NCBI GenBank assembly: GCA_964106915.2
Contig: OZ066914.1
From: Podarcis gaigeae
Taxonomy: Eukaryota
Reading direction: 5' to 3' (one strand)
DNA length: 64,000 nucleotides
Numbering within the stretch: position 1 is the stretch's first letter; each line of letters starts with the position of its first letter. The position numbers and the translations under genes are program-made. The notes under the pieces were generated by a model. That model was given only the letters and a program-made list of their open reading frames with translations, did no database searches and was not told where the DNA came from. This document shows, in pieces, positions 11,937 through 25,186 of the stretch.

Positions 11937-13966
11937 AGTCTTCATCAATATTATGTCCCTCCTCCAATAGGACAGATCTTGTCCTTGACCTAATGCTGCA
12001 TGTCTCAAACGTACAAGATTAGTTACCATCCTCTACCTCGCTCTTTAGCTCCAAGCTTGGAGCTGGGGAGAAGTGTGAGGCATTCCTCACCATACAAGAA
12101 GCCTCGTCACTGCTTTATTACTGGAGGGGGTTTGTGGAGCCTTGGTTTCGTTCTGGATCCTACAAGTACTCAACAAACAGCCAGGAAGATCTGCTTCCCT
12201 TCTTGCAGGCCTTTTCCACCTGGTCTGGGACAGCAGGGCCTTGATTGACCCCAGCTACAAAAACTGAGGCTGCTGAACACCCTCTTGGGCTGGGGTGGGT
12301 TTTGGGGCGGGTTGTTTGGTGGGACTTGTTGCTGTTCTTTTTGTGTGTCTTTATTTTAGATCTTGTGGTTTATGTGGTTGTGCATTTTTTAATGTTTTAT
12401 TTATGGTTTATGACTACTTTTGTTATGTTGTAGTTATATATTTTTTCATGTTGTAAGCTATGGAAAGGCAGCATACAAATAAAACTATGTATGTAAACAC
12501 AGAAACAAGCTTCCCTGTTTCATCTTCATCTCAAAGCAAGGGAAGTCGGAGATGTGTCAAGTTCTTCTGCTCCAGCAGCATCTTCCAAGCTCAGAGTGCC
12601 TAGCAGAGGCAAACCCACATGTCTCCACCATGTTCCTCAAGTTCAGAGCCAAGGAGGAGAGGCAGAAGTGGAGGCTCGCTTTGGCTCTGCCCATGCACCT
12701 GGCAAGAATGCAGTCAAAGCATATCTCAGCTCCCCTTTCAACTCAAGTCCTGGGGAGGAGCCAGTGATCCTTCCCCACCCGCTGCGGAACCAGGGTTAGG
12801 AGAAAGCATTGGGCAATACCACACTCACCAGGTTGAATAATCACCAACCTAGACTGCTCTCCCCCCCCCAAAAAAACAACAACAACCAGGACACAAAAGC
12901 AACCAAGTGCAAGACAAAAAGAAACAAAATGCCATGAGAAGCAGAGAGACCCAAGAGATCATTGTCCCAAGAGCGGGGACAATGACGCCAATTCAATTCC
13001 TTCTGTTCTTAAAGCATCATTGAAGCTCTCTTATTTCAGGAGAAATCTGATGCACATTTTCAAACTGTGAACAAGAAATATGCTTTTCTTTTCTTTTCTT
13101 TTTTTAAAAAAGGATTAAGTTTTCCATCTCACAGCTGCTGCCATTCCTAGTCTTTCATTAATAAGTTGAGTGCTTTTTTGTTACACTTTTACTAGCGGAA
13201 TGCACCCTCTAGGTCATCCGTGCACTGAACAGATGAATATTCTCTTGCATTTTAAACCTTGCATGTTAATTTAATTGCTGGCATCCTGCCCATATTACAT
13301 TACTAAGAAAAACAAAGCAGCTTACCTGTTACAGTTGTTCTTTGACAGCAGCCCATGCCACAGTGGACATACACAAGCAACAAACCAGCCACCCATGTTA
13401 TGACCATGTGTGGCATCATTCAAAGAACAGCTGCTTACAACCTCATATGGTCTACAGAAGGTGTCTGGCCCATTCTTTGTCCATTAATGATCTAGTATGA
13501 AGTGCAAATTACCCATACTCCCTTCAAAATATGACCCGAGGAAGAAGAAACACTGAAGGGGGTGATTCAACTAAGTTGTTGGATGTGGGGAACGAGGTGT
13601 GCTAGTACAACGGGGCTTCCCCCTGTGCACCCCTTAAATTTGCTCTGAAGGGTTGGGGCAGGGGTGCCAACTATAGGGGGCTCTGGGTGCCTGAGCACCC
13701 ACAAAAAAAATTGTCATGGGTACTCAGCACCCACACTGCAGGACCCCTGTTGTAACTTCCAGTGCCTCGCGAAGCACCAGAAGTCACATCCAAGGCCTTG
13801 TGAGGTCTCAGAACCTGACTTCCTGTGTCACTGGAAGTCAGGTTCCGAGACTCAGCAGTGCGCATGATGTCATGACACACACTGGGCATGTCCCATTGCA
13901 TGAGCAGACCTTGTCCCCATCCCCATGCATACCCCACTTAGTGCTATACTGAATTCCACCATAAGG

Positions 13967-14053
13967 CTGGAATCCTTTCACACTTACCTGGAAATAAAAG
14001 TTCCTCTGAACTCAATGTAACTTACTTCTGACTAGACACATATAGGATTGCAT
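13967..14053. repeat. Old palindromic squamate repeat (AATCCT...CACTTAC...AGGATTG); copies at about 23149-23241, 37189-37270 and 61738-61840
   Basis: Mutual similarity and imperfect inverted symmetry of four copies. Confidence 0.65.
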
Positions 14054-14100
14054 TGTCAGAGAAACTACATACAACAGATGAGGTGCCTTCATTTCCTTAC

Positions 14101-14208
14101 CAAAACAAACACCTCGGTGTGGGAGAAAGGCTTTGCAGGCAGCAGCTATTACCAGTTCAGCTGAAAGTATTGTCTTTATTATCAGATCCTCTACACTGGC
14201 CATCAGAG
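14101..14208 (-). CDS. TTLL5: TTLL5 exon 12 ([36 protein letters not shown])
   Basis: 108 nt, ttccag| acceptor, |GTAAGG donor. Confidence 0.96.
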
Positions 14209-14504
14209 CTGGAAGGAGAAAAGGGTAAAGCGAAAAAGAATGAGAAATTTGATATGAGGATTTTTAACCTGTGATATTGAAACAAAGACACATAAGAACA
14301 TGAGCATCAACAACAGCCAGCAAACAGAAAGCTCATAAGAGCACTCACAAGGGAACTTTAAAAGAAACTTGTAGGAAGGAATTAGGAGACTTGCTTATAG
14401 GTACCCCATAAATACCAACCAAAGTATAAGAATTAAAACCAAGTAAAGTAATATTCTAGTTTTGAGGTACAACATAAAGTCTTATTGCTTATTATAATTA
14501 TTAT

Positions 14505-14740
14505 TAATTATTAGATTTATTACCCACCCTTCCTCAAAAGGTCCCAGGGCTGGTTACAGCAATATAAAATACAGCATAAAAACAGTTTAAAACTAATTAC
14601 AATCACAGCTAGAGTGGGTCTTCAAAATATATAACTCAAGAGGTAAAGGCCAAGGTAAAGAGGTGTGTCTTCAGCATACAACAAAAGCTATATAATGAAG
14701 GTGCCAGGCGAACCTCCGTGGGGACAGAATTCCACAACAA
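14505..14740 (-). mobile_element. Old L2 3'-end relic (others at about 16020-16390 - and 17535-17935 +)
   Basis: TTTATTACCCACCCTTCCTC...AAGGCCAAGGTAAAGAGGTGTGTCTTCAGC...GAATTCCACAAC pattern. Confidence 0.6.
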
Positions 14741-15731
14741 GCTGTGCCTCTTCTAAACTAGGACAACCAAATGACAGCCCCCAAGGCAATTAGTTCCAGT
14801 CCCTGTTAGCCCTATCATTATTTTTTAATGAAACCCCTAATATATTTACCTACACTTTCATTCCGTGGAAAAATAAAAAGTTTGTAAACTTGCTGCTTTT
14901 CAAGAAAGGTATTCCACTTTAATGTTATAGCTTTTCTTGACTATCAGCCATTGTACACATTTGTATGTATTGCTATGCCCAAGCACAAAAGCTATGTAAA
15001 ACCTTTAGGAAGCATCAGTTTTATTATGGAACCTAGCTACTGTGCCAAATAATATTCTCTTGACCACTGTCTGGAGACTAGTGACCCCACATGAATAATT
15101 AATTTGTCCATTTCTGTTGCAGACTATCGTCTATCACTTTCAAGATTTCAGACAAACACAAAGTTGATCCAAAAAATTTTAAGTACATCAGAATGCTCAT
15201 GTCTTAGTCTGGCCAAACCACCTGTGTATATATTAATTGTAAGCCATTTCAATTCTCACATGAAAACAAAAGCAAAATAGGCATTGACTCTTCACTTTTG
15301 CAAAAACAATGCCTGCTTCAAACAGCATGCATTATTCCATGCATTACAAACTTTTGATTTTACCGGTCTCCTTCCACTAAACAAGAATTTTGACAACGCT
15401 GGTACTGATGCTAGTCATAATTAATTAATGCTAAGAACTTGTTGCTAAAAGGAATTTCTAATTTGCATTGCTCATTCATGATGCTATCAGTAAATCAATC
15501 AAATGTGAGGAAAAGAAACTGTCCAATAAAATACAGAATTCCAAGATGAAAGGCATTCACTTAATAAAGTGAATACTACATAGGGAATAGTGTGTTTACA
15601 AAAGACACATGGGAAGTATTCAACCTCACACTTTTCTGATTGTTCCGTCAGAGCAAGAATTTTTGCTTGCCAGATGCAATTATCCCTCCTCTCTTCCTAT
15701 CATGTGCTGTTCTGGGGGTAACAGTTCTCTA

Positions 15732-15857
<126 letters not shown>

Positions 15858-16550
15858 TCAGGAACTTCAGTATAATGTCTCATATTTCTGTTTAAATGTC
15901 AATTTACAAGTTTTGGGTTTTTGTATTAATTATTTTTGACAATTGTTTAACAGAAATAAACAATTTGGGTCAAGTCTTACAAGTAGCACATAGAATCATA
16001 GATCATCATCACCATTATTAGTATTTTATTAATCACCTTCTAGGCAAGCATTTCAAGGGAAAGTTCAATAAAAACAGCAAAAAAAAGTTACACAAAACAG
16101 CCAGTACCTTTAAAACAAAGCTAAGACAATACAAAATAGAGACTCATGATAAATACACATTTATTCAACTGGGAAAGCCTGTAGGAACAAGAATGTCTTC
16201 AACTGTTTCTGGAAAGTGCCAAAAGTGGATGTCTGTCATATCTCAACAGTAATGCTGTTCCGCAGAACAGAGGCAGCCACACTAAAAAAGACTGATCCAA
16301 GTTACCACAGAGGGGGCGGCTGAGATCTTTGAAGCTTGCAGAAGAAACCTTCCCGCAGACCACAGAGATCTACTGGGTTAAGGTGGTCTCTAAATCAGTG
16401 TCTGCATCAATTTAAGACATGCACAACAAAATACCAGTTTTGTTTTTTAGTGCTTCAGTATTCAATGTATTATATATATTAACTGCTGTAAGCTACTTTG
16501 TGAGGGCAGGGTGTAACAGGCAGGATAAAAATATATTTAAATAAATATCA

Positions 16551-16736
<186 letters not shown>

Positions 16737-18035
16737 CTACAACAATAATTCAAAGCATAGCAGGCCAATTGTCCCATCATCTTTTATCTAGAGCTTGGGG
16801 AATGGCTAAATATTACTTTCTCCCCTCACCTATACATCTGATGAAAGCTAGCTGCCAACTCCCCAAACCCATCCCTCATCACACCATATCAGAAATTGCT
16901 ATCATCTCTTTTTCACAGTCTCTTATCCACTACCAAATTGCAATGGGCTATTTGCAGTCTTATCCAGGAAACACACATATATTTAGAAATAGCAGTGCGA
17001 CTGAATTCATTATCTGTTCTGCCAACATCAGTAACAGGAACCATCTTTGATTAATTATTTTTTCTGTTTGTGTCACATAATTGGACTTATGTGAACTAAT
17101 TTTGAAGGACCCCATCCTCAATGCAGGAAGCAGTTTAAACGACTTTTAAACCATTTAACTCCATATGGACACAGGAATAACAATTGAACAGGAATGTGGA
17201 GTGGAAAATTTGTCAATGCTTTATTTTTCAACTAAAAAAATGTTCTGTTTCTTAAGTTAATTAGGAACAATTGAGGGATACCAAATGTAAATAATTTATT
17301 AGGCCAGCTTGGCAGTTTCAGCATTTTTAGCCTAGTGTTCTAAATACCAGTAAAATAAACACGTTAAATCAGATCATGCTCAGGGGCATCAGAAAATTTG
17401 ATGCAAATTAATTAGCAACTCAAAGTTTTATGGAAAATCCAATATTATTGCAAACAAATGATGGAACTTAAATTGAATGAGGACACACAAATGGCATTAT
17501 GGTATATAAACCGTGCCAAGGAAATTAAAGTGGGGAGAGCTCTTCCCCATAAGTCTGTTGGTCTCCAAACTGACTCCCGCTTTGAGATCAGCAGAAGAGG
17601 TCCTGCTAATGGTTCTACCACCAGGTATAGCCTGTAAGCTGGTTGCCCAAGACTGAGTCTTCATGGTAGTGGCACCCTGGTTATGGAATTCCCTCTATGA
17701 GGTTTCCCACACTGAAAATTTTCAGATGTCAATGAAACATATTTATTCATCTGGGCTATGGGAACCTAAATAAGCTCTGGAAGCCAGTAGCTGGTATGGT
17801 GGGCTGGCTGCATTATATTAGGCTTCTTGTTTTAGACAATCAAGCTTTAAGGAGTTTTACTTTGATTTTTGTATTGTAACATTGCTGTGCACCCCCTGGG
17901 CTCCTACAGGAGGAAAGACTGTATATAAACACAAACAACCTGGCCCAGTGTACCATTTTGAATGCCACTCCAAATTCTCCAGACTTCTTCAGTCAGATCT
18001 ATGTAATCTCCTAATGGGTACATAATTTATTACTT

Positions 18036-18167
18036 GTAGAGTATGCGACTCTTAATCACAAGGCCGTGGGTTCAAGCCCCACAATGGGCAAAAGATCCCT
18101 GCATTGCAGGGGGTTGGACTAGATGACCCTCGCGGTCCCTTCCAACTCTACAATTCTACAATTCTAT
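18036..18167 (+). mobile_element. tRNA-Lys(CTT)-derived SINE with CR1-type 3' tail, 5'-truncated
   Basis: GTAGAGTATGCGACTCTTAATCACAAGGCCGTGGGTTCAAGCCCCACAATGGGC resembles tRNA-Lys-CTT; followed by CCTGCATTGCAGGGGGTTGGACTAGATGACC...CCCTTCCAACT and ATTCTACA repeats. Confidence 0.85.
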
Positions 18168-19086
18168 TATTATAATTAGTTGCTTACTACAAAAACGTTT
18201 CTAAGCCACTTACAAAAAAATGAAGAACCATTTTCAAATTCTAGCTACTACTTCACATGCACAACTACAGATAGCACCAACATTCTTATATCCTGTCAAT
18301 ATGCCCAACGCTCTTCAATGTAGGAAACCAATAGTGGTATTCTGCTTCATACTAGCTTAACCGATCGAGGCATGCTCATTAGTAGCAAGAAGTACAAAAT
18401 ACTGTTGCTCAAAACTGATATGTTTGCTATAACCTAGGAGGTGGGGGGAGAGAGAAAGGAGGATCATGAGACCAACTGCAATCCCCCCACTGCTTAAGTT
18501 AGCTACATTCCCCAAACATCAAGGGCCTGCCAGGCAGGGGTTACTGAAAAGGGGACTGGGCTGCTGTAACAGGCTCTGGCCACAACACAGTCTATGAGGT
18601 AATGTGAATTCCTTGGCTCACAGTAAGTACCTGAATTCTTTGGAAACCACAGGAATCCAGCAGAGAAAAGGTAAATATCTCCATGGAGCCAGTGCTAATT
18701 AGCAAGCAGGACTACCAAAGTAGAGGGCACTGGGGGGCTTAGGGAACAGGAAAGCAGCACACTGTCAGGCACTGGGAGGTTCTGCTGCCTGCTCCTTCAT
18801 TTCAGAGCATAGTTGCGCAGCCACGTCCTTTTCCCACCCCTTCTCCTTCTGGGGCCCCTCTCAAGCACATTTGGTTTTCTGCTCAACCCATTGTATTTCC
18901 ACAAAACGACTCTGCGTTTTCTCCGCAGATCAGCACTGGTCCAACTACAAATGTCTGCCTGGAAGAGTTTAGGCCCCAAAATATAGCTCTTTAATACTTG
19001 ATATTTTAAAATAACTGACTTTTTCCCTTTGATTCCAAACAAAGAAAAACTAAGTTGAGGAAGAAACTTGCAAAACCTGTGCCTGA

Positions 19087-19100
19087 GTGCCCCCTACTGG
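19087..19100 (-). promoter_or_regulatory. CTCF core motif CCAGTAGGGGGCAC in TTLL5 intron 9
   Basis: Full match to CCASYAGRKGGCRS, with GCAGT 6 nt upstream resembling the CTCF upstream module. Confidence 0.6.
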
Positions 19101-20649
19101 CACTTCACTGCTGTCAGAAGTTTGCGCACAATCCGAAACCAGCAAACATGAAGGGCACAGGCTGCTAAAGAACACAAAAGCCCACAAAAGGAGGTGGCAA
19201 CAACATTCACTTTGCAAAGGTACGTTACACAAAAAATTACCAGCATGCATCTAAGCCTTTTGCACTTTGTTTTGATCGTGTACAACGGGCTTCTTTTAAG
19301 ATGCACCACAGAAACTGCCTGTTGTGCTGTGATATTAAAGTGTAAAGTTGATTTCTCCCCGCCCAAAAAAATCAGCTCACAATTAAGTACGTTCTCTTGA
19401 TAAGTGAACTGCTCCGAGATTGGAGAGCAGAAGGGAAACATACCGTGACTTCTGCCATTGACCAGAGGGCCGAGGGCCACTGGGAAGCCACAGCCCTTGC
19501 CTCCCAGGAATAACATCAAGGCAAGAGGGAGACCAACTTGGCCTCATCCATCAGCCAGAGATGAAGCAGCTGCAGGGAGTTCGCTTCCCCCTTTACAGCC
19601 TGAAAGAACACTCAGCTCCAGCTGCCTGTTGCCCTGGAACTGTAGAAGCAAGAGGAAAGAACATTCTGGCCCCATCTATCAGCCAAAGAAACAAAAGCCA
19701 CCATTTGCTATTCAAGCAAGAACACCAGTAAAGGAAGATCAGCATGAATAAAAGCAAATGCCTGCTTATATAGTTCACCACTTTGTTCTGGCATTGAAGA
19801 ACTGGTCTCCCTCCTCTACCTTTTCCCTTCACTCCTTTCACTTTTATGGGTTTGTTTGTTTTTAAGTTAGTATGCCTAATATCAGGGCCTCTCATTCTTA
19901 CTGATGTGAGCCACTTTAGGAGACAATAATTTCTGAAAAATGCAATAAATAAATCTACTTCAGGTGAGGCGATAAGAGACAAATGCCAAGATCATTAGGA
20001 GGAGCAGGGACAAAAGAGGTTCATCACAAATATACCTTCCACTTTAAAGTATCAGATTGTTACCTGCAAAGGAGGCCCAGAGCTAGAATGGAAAGTTGCT
20101 CTGGAACAAGTCAAAATATATGAGATAGTTTACAACCCATTTGCCCATATCAAACAAGAGAGGACCACTGTCCCATAACACTACATACTAAGGACACCAC
20201 AACTTCTTCCTAAATTCAGTACAAGGGGAGCAACATTCTGCTTTTATCCTATATTACCTCACATGCAGTATTGTTGTGCCACTTCCTACAAGTCATTGCA
20301 TACTGCCTCTAGTTCTTAATATAGCTACTGAAGAAAGGCTGTGGAATGCTTAAACTTTTCAAACCAAGTTCTCAATTAAAATAATGGGTCGGACACATGC
20401 CTGACCTGGTAGAAAACACCTTCCTATGTTTCTTTAGTATAGGTTTCTTGGCATTTTGGCCAGAGACGGAAATATGTGGACAAAAAGAGTTGTAACCTGA
20501 TGGCGCCAAAGTCATGAAAGCGTTCCCTTGTGCCTATACTCACAAATTCAGGAAAGACAAAAACTTTGGAAGGCAATGAAATCCTTAAAGTCCACTACTG
20601 CCACCTCAAGGCCACAGTCAGGAAATGGCATTTCATTCACTAATACATA

Positions 20650-20793
20650 CCGTATTTTTCCATGTACAGTATAAGACTAGGGTTTTTTTTACCAGAAAAT
20701 TAGGTTTAACATTGGGGCTCGTCTTATACATGGGTAGTGCTAAGGGGTGTTTTCTTAATTTGGAATCCCCAAATTATACACGAAAAAATATGG
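20650..20793. mobile_element. Short internally deleted CCGTATTTTTC-TIR element, TA TSD
   Basis: TA|CCGTATTTTTC...GAAAAAATATGG|TA. Confidence 0.75.
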
Positions 20794-21137
20794 TATATCC
20801 CATAATTCCCTGTCATTGCTGAGGCTGCTTGAATTTCAGCCAGTAGCTAAGCTCAGCAGATTCTCCACTAGAGACTGCCCCTAACACTTGGGGCTTGAGA
20901 AGAATAGGACAGGAAACGAAGGAAATGCACTCCTAATGAGAGAAAATAATTTTTATCTAGATACTTTATAAGCATTGGTTCATTATTCCCAACTTCCAAA
21001 AGCTGAGTACAATTACCAAGAGACCTCTTCAATATCTTAAGAGACAGTCACAAAATTAAATTAAGACACCTGACTGATCAACTTTGTGGAGCAAAATATT
21101 TGCCTTCTACAGCATGGGACACAGAACGGACACCTAC

Positions 21138-21222
21138 CTGGCCAGACCTTCCTCATAGAGGTAGATGACAAGGGGGTCATAGGATGTCACCAGAACATAC
21201 AGCCGCACATCAAATTTGAAAT
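21138..21222 (-). CDS. TTLL5: TTLL5 exon 9 ([29 protein letters not shown])
   Basis: 85 nt, tttcag| acceptor, |GTAGGT donor. Confidence 0.97.
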
Positions 21223-21546
21223 CTGAAAAAGGAACAACACTGTTCAGTGGCCACAAATTGTTCAAAAATTGAACCTAACTAAGAGTTGAGAACAACAGGG
21301 TCAGGGGATCAGATATTTCCAGTGAGCATTCCTGAATAGTGATGCTTTGTGCATTTGGATGACACAACTGTATTTTTAATGGGGTGAATGCTTCACAACA
21401 GAATCAAACAGAATTGTTTTCCTATTATTCAATAGCCAGGTTCAAATCACCACTCAGTTCTGTAGCTCATCAGGGGACTGGGCCGACTGCTATCTCTCAG
21501 GCTAATGTGCTTCACAGGGTTATTGAAAGAAAGTGGCAGAGGGCTA

Positions 21547-21744
<198 letters not shown>

Positions 21745-22182
21745 CTACAGGAAGAAACAGACAGCACATTGGAGTGAGGAACAGGACTAACACACTATCC
21801 CCCAATTGCTGCATGCCAAAGAATGTTTGCCTGATTACTAGGTTAACCAAACGCTGTGGCAAAAGCTATTGGGTCGTATCCAATGAAGTTGTCCCACTTG
21901 TGCAAGAATTTGCTCAATGGAACTTTACATCCCTTGGGCCCTTTCCCAAATTCACCTCCAGGTTGTGTAAAAATCCTGAACAGATTCAGGAGGCATGTGG
22001 GGCGAGTAGATAAAAATATAATTGGCAGTGCAACAAGTGAAAAGGGAGCATTTATCCTCTTAAATACATACACACCACCGTCTGAATGAAATTTGTCCCC
22101 CTAAAACTCAGCCCTGCAGATGTTTTGGGACTACAACTCTCATCATCCCTAGCTAACAGGACCAGTGGTCAGGGATGTTGGG

Positions 22183-22408
22183 AGTGGTACCTCGGGTTAC
22201 AAACACTTCGGGTTACAGACTCCGCTAACCCAGAACTAGTACTTTGGGTTAGGAACTTTGCCCCAAGATGAGAACAGAAATTGTGTGCTGGCAGCGTGGT
22301 GGCAGCAGGAGGCCCCATTAGCTAAAGTGGTACCTCAGGTTAAGAACGGTTTCAGGTTAAGAATGGACCTTATGGAACGAATTAAGTTCGTAACCAGAGG
22401 TACCACTG
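22183..22408. mobile_element. Same MITE family, nested inside a palindromic hAT-like MITE (22110-22450)
   Basis: AGTGGTACCTCGGGTTAC...TAACCAGAGGTACCACTG|TA interrupting GGGAG(TTG)TAGTCCCAAAACATCTGGAG. Confidence 0.85.
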
Positions 22409-22726
22409 TAGTCCCAAAACATCTGGAGAGCAGAGTTTGCCTATGCCGGCCCTAAAACATTTGGAGCTAGAGAAATAAGATTGCCCACATGGCTGCAGAA
22501 AGTTATTTTGATTCCAGAAATCTTGAAACAGAGTTGCTATTCCACTTGCAGCTTAGAGCAGAATAGCAAGAATTAAGTGCTGCAAATTTGTCTTTATATG
22601 AACGCATCCTTGTTATTGTTTATAAAAATATGCAAATATCAAACACCAAGTTCAACATTTTCAGAGATTATCCATCTTCATATAATACAAATGCATCAGA
22701 GAGCAAAATAGAATGCAGCTTATTAT

Positions 22727-22995
22727 CAAGCTTGTTTTCTCCTGCTTTGGAGTCTAGGACCTGAACCAATGGATTTAAGTGATAAGAAAGGAGATCCCGA
22801 CTAAACATCAGGAAGAACTTTGTGACAGTAACAGCTGTTCGGCAGTGGAACAGACTCCCACTAGAGGTGGTGGACTTTTTTCCTTGGACGTTTTTAAGCA
22901 GAGACTGTATGATCTAGCTGAGATTCCTGCATTGCAGGGGTTTGAACTAGATGACCCTTAGGGTCCCTCCCAACTCTACAATTCTATAATTCTAC
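22727..22995 (+). mobile_element. CR1 LINE 3' fragment
   Basis: End of ORF2 (AATGGATTTAAG...AACATCAGGAAGAACTTT..ACAGTAACAGCTGTTCGGCAGTGGAACAGACTCCC) and tail CCTGCATTGCAGGGGTTTGAACTAGATGACC...ATTCTATAATTCTA. Confidence 0.82.
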
Positions 22996-25186
22996 ACAAT
23001 CACAGGGCTCCCTCTCATATTAAAACTGGATCAGAATTAAGTGGTGGTGTTTCTCCCTTTCAAGTTTTTTATATTATTCTTCCCTTCCAGCAAAAACTGG
23101 AATTGTTGACCACATTGCTGTGAATGAGGACTCTGTAATAGGAACTAAAGCTGCAATCCTATGCAGACTTACCTAGGAGTAACCTCCACTAAACACAGTG
23201 GGACAAATTTCTTAGGAAGCATGCATAGGATTCAGGCTGCACAACATCAGCAGAGAAAACAATTTCCTTACATAATGCTTTCTGCACCACAGTCCAAATG
23301 CCAAACTAAGCAATTCTGTCCAAGGCTTTGAACTGTGAGCACAGAAAAGTACTGTGTGCGACAACTACGATACTTGTGATAGTTCAATATAGTAAAAGCT
23401 AATGTGATAAAATCATGATCAAGGGCTCAAAATATGAGGAATAGACCGCATGTGGATAAGTCTGAGGGCTGCAACATCCTGAAAGCACAGAACACTGATA
23501 TGGTTTCTAATCAAGTCTAAAGTGGCTTTCCTATGTAGCAACCACTATTCAAATAAGTTTGGGTAGGAACAAGTTAACTACAGTCAACTAGAAAACTTTG
23601 TATTTATCTAGTGTGACACACAGAAACAAAAGCATCCCCTATTATCTGCAGGAGATTAAGGCGATTTAAGAATGAGATTCTAGAGAGCACTCTCTAGAGA
23701 AGGAGTAAGACATTTGACAGATCTGCGGGTATAACAATCCTGGAAGAACCAGATATTATGGGAAATAAGCTTAGAGTGCCTTTCTCCAGGTTCTGACCCT
23801 TTGTTCACATATGTCTTTCCTTGAAGTGGAGAGTAAAGCCTTGTGCAGCTCTGGAAACAGTTGCCTCATGCACTTGGCTAACAGCTGCCTTATTCCATGG
23901 GAAAGGAGCCAGGCTGAGAACATATGAGACAAACTGGCCCCTTCAATATGGGGAGAGGAGAGATATATATGAGTGAAAGGAGTGACTCACTGTTCAGTTT
24001 TATAGTTTCCCTATTAGTTTTAGGGGACACACACATAAACTTTCCTATCCGTTATGGCTCCTTTCACGACTAGTGATAGACAAGGTAGTTAAAACAGTCA
24101 ACAGTGAATCTGCTACACTGTTCTCCATGGGTGAAATCTATTTACCAAGTGCTAATCTGTGCTGAATGCAATAGATTCAGGTGAGCTAGTTACCTGTAGC
24201 AAAAATGTCACCACACCCTTGCTTCTCCAGATTTCTGATCAAGTGCTTGGTAAAATTTGCCTCACCATACAGACAACTAGCCTAGCAAATGAGTGTATGG
24301 TCAACATGACCCCATTACCATCTGATAGCCCCTTCTAATCATTCTGTGGCTGCCCTAAAAGCATAGTAACTTTTGCACTATGGACCTCAAAATATCTCCA
24401 CTTGCCAGAATGGGGATGTGTCTGTTAAAAAGTAACATTAGCCAACAAACGAGTGATCTCAGTTCAGAAGGTGAGAATGCACAGAACAGCAACCACCTGA
24501 ACATAACTGCTCCTAGACTTACAAAGTTTTTCTGAATCTACCCCTCTTCTACTGGATACACCCCTGAAAAGATATTCCTATAACCGCTCTGGCAATATGG
24601 CAGGAGTCACCTAATCAGCCCTGTCAAGGGAAGCCCTGCACAAAAAGTTAGTGCTTGCACAATGGAACTTCCCCCTGCCTCCCACAGCACCTCCCACTTC
24701 AAAAAAATTGGCTCTTAGGGAGTCAGAAGAATCCACAGAACGACACACAATGGGAGAAGGTATCGTTCCACCTGGCAAGCTGGAATGCTTGCACAAAGGG
24801 AACAACTGAAATTTCACCCAGGAAATTCACTCACAGTTTTAAAACATTCATGTCCCAAATCAAAGGTCTTATACACTACTTCCTTGGTAGCAAAGACTCA
24901 GACTTCTTGCACATGTTAAGTAGCAACCAAAACAGTAACAGCTACTCTGCTTGCTCTGTCTAGGCTCTGTTGTCAGCATTTGACAAACCAAATAAGAAAC
25001 ATCTAACTATCTAATAATTTGCTTAACTGATACAAGTGACAGGGAACAGGACAAGTGCAGCAAGATAAACCATACTCAGTGTGTTGCTCCTAACAGTCTG
25101 AACATTTATGTGGAGGCCAAAACATTATCATGAAACGTTATCACTTGCTCAAAGATGAAAGCGACTTATCAAGCTTGGTATATTTA

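Noticed and set aside
12552-12767. Plus-strand ORF with FLKFRAKEERQKWRLAL, resembling a PH-domain C-terminal helix (nested gene?)
   Set aside because: No convincing splice sites or other PH-domain exons found; the rest of the ORF is not domain-like
12829-12853. 20-25 nt minus-strand micro-exon ending CTG|GTGAGT in TTLL5 intron 12
   Set aside because: Acceptor is preceded by a G run and several competing AGs; too speculative
18036-18090. Apparent tRNA-Lys(CTT) gene
   Set aside because: 5' acceptor stem and A box missing, stems mutated, followed by a CR1-type tail; it is a SINE
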